In this document: positions 58,012 through 64,000 of the stretch, piece by piece
Layout: each line of letters starts with the position of its first letter
Position numbering within the stretch: the stretch's first letter is position 1
Assembly (NCBI GenBank): GCA_963810095.1
Contig: CAWEMM010000006.1
Coordinates: 1,216,001-1,280,000 of the forward strand
Direction: 5' to 3'
DNA: 64,000 nt
DNA from: an uncultured Chloroflexia bacterium
GTDB taxonomy: Bacteria > Chloroflexota > Anaerolineae > CG2-30-64-16
Notes under the pieces: model-generated
Database searches by the model: none
The model's input: only the letters and a program-made list of their open reading frames with translations
What the model was told of the DNA's origin: nothing
Translations under genes and position numbers: made by a program

Positions 58012-59266
58012 ATGGGGGTTTCTGTGGACCATGTAAAGTCGCTGAAGTGCCTGATCTGCGGGCGAGAGTACCGGGCGGACGAGGTCGAGTACGTGTGCCC
58101 CGAGCACGGGGACGACGGGATCCTGGACGTACAGTACGACTACGACCTGATCTGTACCCGCCTGTCTCCCGACTCGCTAGCGCAGGACCGGAACAATACG
58201 ATCTGGCGCTACAAGGCGCTCCTGCCCATCGAACCCGACAGCCCCGTCCCCCCGCTCACCGTGGGTTGGACGCCGCTTTACCGGGCCGACCGGCTCGCGG
58301 CCGGCCTCGGGCTCAAGCACGTCTGGGTCAAGGACGAGGGCCGCAACCCGAGCGCATCGTTCAAGGATCGCGCGCAGCGCGGTGGCCGTGGTTAAGGCCC
58401 AGGAGAAGGGTGCAGAGGTCATCACGACCTCGAGCACCGGCAACGCAGGCGCGGCCTTGAGCGCGCTGTGCGCCAGCGTCGGCCAGCCCAACGTCGTCTT
58501 CGTCCCCCAGACCGCCCCAGCCGCAAAGGTCGCACAGCTGCTGGTGTACGGCAGCACGGTCATGCTCGTCCGCGGCAGCTACGACGATGCGTTCGCCCTG
58601 TGCGCACAGGCCGCTAAAGAGTTCGGCTGGTACAACCGCAACACGGGCTACAACCCGTACATGAGCGAAGGCAAGAAGACCGCGTCGCTCGAAATCTGCG
58701 AGCAGCTGGGCTGGGACGCGCCGGACTGGATCGTGGTCTCGGTCGGCGACGGCTGCGTGATCGGCGGCGTGTATAAGGGGTTGTTTGACCTCTACAGCAT
58801 GGGCTGGATCAAGAAGATGCCGAAGATCCTCGGCGTGCAGGCTGCGGGCTCCGCGGCCCTGTATGATGCGTGGGTGAGTGGCATCGACGCGATGGCGATG
58901 CAGCCCATCGAAGCGACGACGGTCGCAGACAGCATCTCGGCCGATCTGCCGGCCGACCGGATCAAGGGCCTGCGCGCCGTCACGGCGACGAACGGCGCTT
59001 ACGTGAAGGTGACCGACGACGAGATCATCGCGGCCATCCCCACGCTGGCCCGTGGGAGCGGCGTCTTCGCCGAGCCCGCCGGCGCGGCCGCCTATGCCGG
59101 CCTGGTGCAGGGCATCAAGGAAGGGCGGATCGGGCCCGACGAGCGAGTCGTGATCCTCTCGACCGGCAATGGCCTGAAGGACATCGCCTCCGCCCGCAAG
59201 TCCGTGTCCGAGCCGTTCGTCGTGGACAAGGACCTGGCGGACGTGAAGCGGGCGCTGGGACGGTAA
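58012..59266 (+). CDS. Threonine-synthase-like PLP enzyme with N-terminal Cys ribbon; indel near 58372
   Basis: CLICG...CPEH, IWRY, NPSASFKDR, SSTGNAG, EGKKT, SVGDG, EPAGAA, STGNGLKD. Confidence 0.85.
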
Positions 59267-59272
59267 CCGGGT

Positions 59273-59800
59273 TTGGAACGCGAAGGGCTCGAAGCTGCCG
59301 GCGTCGTAGTTGTCCGGGCGATCGCGTGGGCGCTGGTGGCGGCCATCGTGATCTGGCTGCTCAGCCTGACGCTCCGCACCAGCAGCGAGATTAACCTGGG
59401 CCGCATCCGGGTCAGCGACCCGGTTCACGAGCTGAACCTGCAGCCGTTTCAGAACAAGGTGCAGCCGCTGCGCAATATGTTGCGCTCGACGAATCCCCGC
59501 CTGCAGCGGACGGCCCGCAACTATCTGTTCGTCGACGTGCTCGGCAACGTGGCCGTCTTCATCCCGCTCGGCGCAGCACTGGGGTGCGCGACGCTGATCG
59601 GCCGGCCCAGGCGCCGCTTCTGGCCCTGGTGGCTGAGCGTAACGGGCGCCGGGCTGTTGCTCAGCTTGTTCATCGAGATCGCCCAACTGGCGATCCCGTC
59701 TCGCGTGACCGACGTCGACGACGTCATCCTGAACACATTAGGAACGGCAGCAGGGGCGCTCCTTGCCTGGGGCCTGTTGCGGTCCATCGGTAAACGGTAA
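59273..59800 (+). CDS. VanZ-family membrane protein
   Basis: NLQPF, GNVAVFIPLG, IEIAQ...RVTDVDDVILNTLG. Confidence 0.8.
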   Translation: MEREGLEAAGVVVVRAIAWALVAAIVIWLLSLTLRTSSEINLGRIRVSDPVHELNLQPFQNKVQPLRNMLRSTNPRLQRTARNYLFVDVLGNVAVFIPLGAALGCATLIGRPRRRFWPWWLSVTGAGLLLSLFIEIAQLAIPSRVTDVDDVILNTLGTAAGALLAWGLLRSIGKR

Positions 59801-59859
59801 CCACAAGACACCCGGATACGAAGGCTAACAAAGCCTTCGTGTCTTCGTGCCTTAGTGGT
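59800..59859. repeat. Intergenic palindrome with ~9-bp-periodic arms (degenerate)
   Basis: ACCACAAGACACCCGGATACGAAGGC...GCCTTCGTGTCTTCGTGCCTTAGTGGT. Confidence 0.7.
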
Positions 59860-59884
59860 AAGCAAGAAAACTGAGGTGCAAGAC

Positions 59885-61344
59885 ATGATCGATCTGACCG
59901 TCCATCCCGATCGCCTCGAGCGCACGGTGAAGCGCGCTCGCGAGCGTAACATTGTCGTCCCGACCCTCAAGCAGATGCAGAACCCGGCGCTGATCCCCGA
60001 CAAGGTCAAGGCCGGCCTGAAGAATGTAGGCTTGTGGGACGTGAACCCGCTGAACCTGTTCCGCATCACCTGGCACAACGAGCCGGTGGCGAAGGGCGGC
60101 GGCTTCGGCGGCGTGAATTACATCGAACTGCCCAAGGCCATCACCGGCGTCGACGCCCGCATCATCGTGATGGTCGGCAAGTGGTTCCCGACCGGCGCGC
60201 ACAAGGTCGGCGCGGCGTTCGGCTGCCTCGTGCCCCGGCTCGTCACCGGCCAATTCGACCCCACGACCCAGAAGGCCGTGTGGCCGTCGACCGGCAACTA
60301 CTGCCGCGGCGGCGCGTACGACTCGGCGCTGCTGGGCTGCCAGTCCATCGCGATCCTGCCGGAAGGCATGAGCAAGGAACGCTTCGAGTGGCTGTCGAAG
60401 GTGGCAGGCGAGGTCATCGCCACGCCGGGCACCGAGAGCAACGTCAAGGAAATCTTTGACAAGTGCTGGGAGCTGCGCCGCTCGGGCCAGGACCTGATGA
60501 TCTTCAACCAGTTCGAAGAGTTCGGCAACGTGCTGTGGCACTACGCCGTCACCGGCGGGGCGTTCGAGGAAGTGCTCCAGAAGGAACTGCGCCCGGGCGA
60601 GCGGCTGGCAGGCTCGGTCTTCACGACCGGCTCGGCCGGCACGATCGACGCCGGCGACTAGCTCAAGGAGCTGTTCCCCGAGAGCAAGCTGGCGGCATCC
60701 GAGGCGCTGCAGTGCCCGACGCTGCTGAGCAACGGCTTCGGCGCGCACCGCATCGAGGGCATCGGCGACAAGCACGTGCCGTGGATCCACAACGTCCGGA
60801 ACACCGACATGGTCATGGCGGTCGACGACGAGGTGCCGGTGCAGATGATCCGCCTGTTCAACGAGCCCGAAGGCAAGAAGTACCTGGCCCAGATGGGCGT
60901 CGAGCAGGGCCTCATCGACCAGCTGCCTTGATTGGCATCTCGGGCGCCGCGAACATCGCGTCGGCGATCAAGATGGCGAAGTGGTACGAGTGGGGCGAGG
61001 GCGACGTGGTCGCCACCGTCCTTACGGACTCCATGGAGCTGTACGGCAGCCGGCTGACCGAGCTGACCGAGGAACGCGGCGAATACACGGCCCGCGACGC
61101 GGCAGTGAGCTACCACCAGTACATCCAGGGCCTGAGCACCGATTACACGGAAGAGCTTACCTACCCCGAGCGCAAGCGGGTGCACAACCTGAAGTACTAC
61201 ACCTGGGTCGAGCAGCAGGGGAAGACCTACGACGAGATCCAGCGCCAGTGGTATCAGAAGGACTACTGGACCTGCGTACACCAGCAGGCCGATGCGATCG
61301 ACGCGCTGATCGAAGAGTTCAACGCCAAGGTCGGGCTGCTGTAA
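59885..61344 (+). CDS. Fold-type II PLP-dependent enzyme; in-frame TAG at 60659 and indel near 60925
   Basis: NLFRITW, FPTGAHKVG, WPSTGNYCRGG, TGSAGT, HRIEGIGDKH, TDSMELY, HNLKYYTWVEQQG. Confidence 0.82.
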
Positions 61345-61353
61345 AACTCGCTG

Positions 61354-61391
61354 GGTTATGCGGGCTCGGCCTCAGTCGAGCCCGCATAACC
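61354..61391. terminator. Hairpin between convergent genes
   Basis: GGTTATGCGGGCTCG...CGAGCCCGCATAACC. Confidence 0.75.
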
Positions 61392-61395
61392 TGTG

Positions 61396-61758
61396 CTATG
61401 GGGCAAGGGTAACGCGCACGAAATTCATAAACTGGCGGAAGCCCGTTACCAGATCCTCGGAGAAGGGTGCAGGCACGACTTGATCCTGGCTGCCCTGATG
61501 GAAATGCCGGGGATAAGTACTCACTTCCCGCCAGGCGGTGTTGGGGAAGTTGTCGTACCGATAGCTGCGGCCGTCGATATGCGAGCGCTCCCAGTGATAG
61601 CCAAACCGTCTATCGAGCTTTCTTGACAGCCAAAGATCTATGTAGCTCCCGTCGAACAGAAAAAGTCGAGCCTTCTCGCCGATGGGTTGGCTATCGATTA
61701 CCAGATCGACAAACTCGATCTCGGCGATCCGCCGAAGATCATCGACGGATAGGCTCAT
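61396..61758 (-). CDS. DUF6516/TumE-like putative toxin
   Basis: YHW...YRYDNFP...STYPRHFH motif; lower GC. Confidence 0.72.
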   Translation of the reverse strand: MSLSVDDLRRIAEIEFVDLVIDSQPIGEKARLFLFDGSYIDLWLSRKLDRRFGYHWERSHIDGRSYRYDNFPNTAWREVSTYPRHFHQGSQDQVVPAPFSEDLVTGFRQFMNFVRVTLAP

Positions 61759-62027
61759 AGACGGGCCAACAGATCCTGAAGCGAATCCTTCTCGTCTTCG
61801 AGGAAATCGAACCGGAAGTAGTCTTCGAAACCCTCAGGCTCATGGAAGCGGCCCGCTTGCACGGCCTGATCGAGTTCCTCGACGGTCTCAAGGCCGTAAC
61901 GTTGAGCAAGCACGAAAAGCTCGCTCTCGACCAAGCGAAGACGGCGTTCAAGGTACACGCGGAGACTCTCGCGCTCCAGTTGTGAGGGTGTGAGATTCAG
62001 ACGCACTGCCACTTCGTCTAACAACAT
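61755..62027 (-). CDS. Putative antitoxin (TumA-like)
   Basis: Small acidic helical ORF (QRYG...EDYFRFDFLE) with ATGA overlap onto the toxin; GGAGG RBS. Confidence 0.65.
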   Translation of the reverse strand: MLLDEVAVRLNLTPSQLERESLRVYLERRLRLVESELFVLAQRYGLETVEELDQAVQAGRFHEPEGFEDYFRFDFLEDEKDSLQDLLARL

Positions 62028-62101
62028 GCGGCCTCCCTGGATCAGTATTCTATTCTTAAGCCTGGCCTGCGTCAATGGGTGACTGTGTCAAGGAGTGGGC
62101 A

Positions 62102-62938
62102 ATGTCGCACATCGAATTCACTCGGTCGGCCCCCGACGGGCAAAAACTGTTCTACCAGGGGTGGCTGCCCCAAGCCGAAGCGAAGGCCGTCGTCTGCCTG
62201 GTCCACGGGCTGGGCGAGCACGCCGGGCGCTACGCCCACGTCGCAGAAGCCCTGAACGCGGCGGGCTATGCCGTGCTCGGGTTTGACCAGCGCGGACATG
62301 GCAAGACGCCGGGCAAACAGGGCGTCACGCCGCCCTTTGACTGCTTGCTGGACGATGTCAGGATGCTGCTCGACGAGGCGGCCCGCCGTTTCTCCACTGC
62401 GAAGCAATTCCTGTACGGCCACAGCATGGGCGGCAACGTGGTCCTCAACTATGCCATTCGCCGCCAGCCCGTCGTCGCCGGCGTGATCGCGACCAGCCCC
62501 GGCCTCCGCACGGCGTTTAAGCCCCCTGCGGCCAAGATTACGGCGGGCAAGGTCCTGTACCGGGTGGCGCCCAACATGGTCATGGCGAACGGATTGGAAC
62601 TGGCCGCCCTCTCGCGCGATCCCGCTGTGATCGCGGCCTACAGTGCCGATCCGCTGGTCCATGACAAGATGTCGGCCCGCCTCGGGCTCGACATCTTGCA
62701 GCAGGGCGAGTGGGCCATCGCCCATGCCGCCGATTTCCCGCCCATCCCGCTTCTGCTCGTCCACGGCACGGGCGACCGCCTGACCTCCGCGCCAGCCACG
62801 GAGGAATTCGCCGGCAAAGTCAAGGGCGATGTGACGCTGAAACTTTGGCCCGGCTGCTACCACGAAACCCACAATGAACCTGAGAAGGCTCAGGTCATTC
62901 AATATATGATCGACTGGCTAAATAAAATGGGCCACTGA
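62102..62938 (+). CDS. Lysophospholipase-like alpha/beta hydrolase
   Basis: HGLGEHAGRY, DQRGHG, GHSMGG, HGTGD, YHETHNE. Confidence 0.9.
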   Translation: MSHIEFTRSAPDGQKLFYQGWLPQAEAKAVVCLVHGLGEHAGRYAHVAEALNAAGYAVLGFDQRGHGKTPGKQGVTPPFDCLLDDVRMLLDEAARRFSTAKQFLYGHSMGGNVVLNYAIRRQPVVAGVIATSPGLRTAFKPPAAKITAGKVLYRVAPNMVMANGLELAALSRDPAVIAAYSADPLVHDKMSARLGLDILQQGEWAIAHAADFPPIPLLLVHGTGDRLTSAPATEEFAGKVKGDVTLKLWPGCYHETHNEPEKAQVIQYMIDWLNKMGH

Positions 62939-63025
62939 TCGAACCGATTGAACTGATTTGCCTGGTAGTGCGGCTTTTGGCCGGTGAGATCAGGAATATC
63001 AGTCAGATCATTCCGATCAGCGTCC
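62932..63025. repeat. Degenerate palindrome with 9-bp-periodic arms (CTGAT type)
   Basis: CACTGATCGAACCGATTGAACTGATT...ATCAGGAATATCAG...ATCAGCG. Confidence 0.55.
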
Positions 63026-63048
63026 TATTCCGCAAGAAGGAGTAGAGC

Positions 63049-64000
63049 ATGTCAGATCTGTTACGCCCGCAGCCCTTCGGCGTTTTGCTCAGGCGCATCC
63101 TGAAGGAATATGAGACGACGGACTCGATCTTCGGGATTCACAAGCAGTTCTTCTACACACCCCAGCCTCATGCGCCGTACGCGGTAGACGACTTCTTCGG
63201 CGACGGAACCCGCACCGGCGGCAAGGGAACGCGGCTGGCGACCCCCATCGGCCCGTCGGCCGGTCCCCACACCCAGCTCAGCCAGAACATCGTGGCGGCC
63301 TGGCTGTGCGGCGGGCGCTTCATCGAGCTGAAAACCGTCCAGATCATGGACGAACTCGAAATTCCCCGGCCCTGCATCGACATGGAGGACGAGGGATACA
63401 ACGTCGAGTGGTCGCAGGAGCTGAAGCTCGAAGAGTCCGCGCAGGAGTACGTCAACGCGTGGGCCTTCCTGCACATCCTGCCGCGCGTGCTCGGTTGGAA
63501 GAACGGCGGCTCGCAGCCGCTTGGCGCGGACGGCACGATCTTCGATATGAGTGTCGGCTACAACCTGCAGGGCATCCTGAGCCCCCGCATGCAGGAGTTC
63601 ATGGGCAAGATGGACGACGCGGGGCCGCAGCTCTGGGAGATCAAGGAGACGCTGCGCCGCGACTTCCCGCAATTCGCCGACATCGAAATCCCCACCCGCA
63701 TGGTCACCAGCATGACGCTCTCCACCATGCACGGCTGCCCGCCCGACGAGATCGAGCGCATCGCGCGCTACATGCTCGAAGAGCGCAAGCTGCACACCAT
63801 TGTCAAGATGAACCCGACCCTGCTGGGCAAGGACGAGGTGCTCGACATCCTGCACAACCATCTCGGCTTCACCGGCATCCACATCCCCGACTCGGTGTTC
63901 GAGCACGACCTGGCGTATCCGAAGGCATTGGCGCTGATCCGGTCGCTGCAGCCGCTCGCGGCCGAGAACAAGCTGGCGTTCGGCGTGAAGCTGAGCAACA
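63049..64000 (+). CDS. ygfK: YgfK-like flavin/Fe-S oxidoreductase, N-terminal part (runs off the window)
   Basis: AAGGAG RBS; TPIGPSAGPHTQLSQNI, GGRFIELKTVQ, RPCIDMEDEGYNVEWS, LSTMHGCPPDEIE, KMNPTLLG. Confidence 0.88.
   Translation, partial: MSDLLRPQPFGVLLRRILKEYETTDSIFGIHKQFFYTPQPHAPYAVDDFFGDGTRTGGKGTRLATPIGPSAGPHTQLSQNIVAAWLCGGRFIELKTVQIMDELEIPRPCIDMEDEGYNVEWSQELKLEESAQEYVNAWAFLHILPRVLGWKNGGSQPLGADGTIFDMSVGYNLQGILSPRMQEFMGKMDDAGPQLWEIKETLRRDFPQFADIEIPTRMVTSMTLSTMHGCPPDEIERIARYMLEERKLHTIVKMNPTLLGKDEVLDILHNHLGFTGIHIPDSVFEHDLAYPKALALIRSLQPLAAENKLAFGVKLSN

Noticed and set aside
46967-59859. Integron attC sites
   Set aside because: Some palindromes start near TAAC, but matching GTTRRRY ends are not consistent, there is no integrase, and the flanking genes form a metabolic operon.
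60659-60661. In-frame TAG as pyrrolysine or readthrough
   Set aside because: Context GD*LK fits Tyr (TAC/TAT, one base away), no pyl genes are in the window, and the assembly is error-prone.
48637-64000. Selenocysteine codons in XDH, YgeY or YgfK
   Set aside because: No in-frame TGA at a conserved Cys position was noticed; the breaks are explained by indels.

Overview
GC-rich bacterial chromosomal segment, most likely from an anaerobic Chloroflexota (inferred from gene content, Pro/Thr-rich lipoproteins and repeat families). Many genes carry single indels typical of an unpolished long-read assembly. (1) 1-13.8 kb: a corrinoid protein and three URO-D/MtaA-family proteins interleaved with L-rhamnose isomerase, mutarotase and kinase, a DeoR regulator fused to a sugar-binding domain, and a sugar ABC importer. 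This is a candidate B12-dependent methyl-sugar demethylation pathway. (2) 16.6-64 kb: a large anaerobic purine/nucleoside catabolism region (dihydropyrimidinase, adenine deaminase, two BMP ABC importers, XDH-type Mo enzyme, two YgeY, two carbamoyltransferases, carbamate kinase, two PLP enzymes, YgfK, PFOR). It is interrupted by an Lhr helicase carrying repeat-derived inserts, a TPTx-repeat protein and a TumE/TumA-like toxin-antitoxin pair. (3) 38.7-41.2 kb: two inverted, homologous ~230-bp non-coding elements, each with a long AT-rich hairpin showing compensatory changes; an intact IS1182-family element (15-bp TIR, 5-bp TSD) has inserted into one hairpin. Intergenic palindromes with 9-bp-periodic arms are dispersed through the window. 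All calls come from reading the sequence; no database searches were run.
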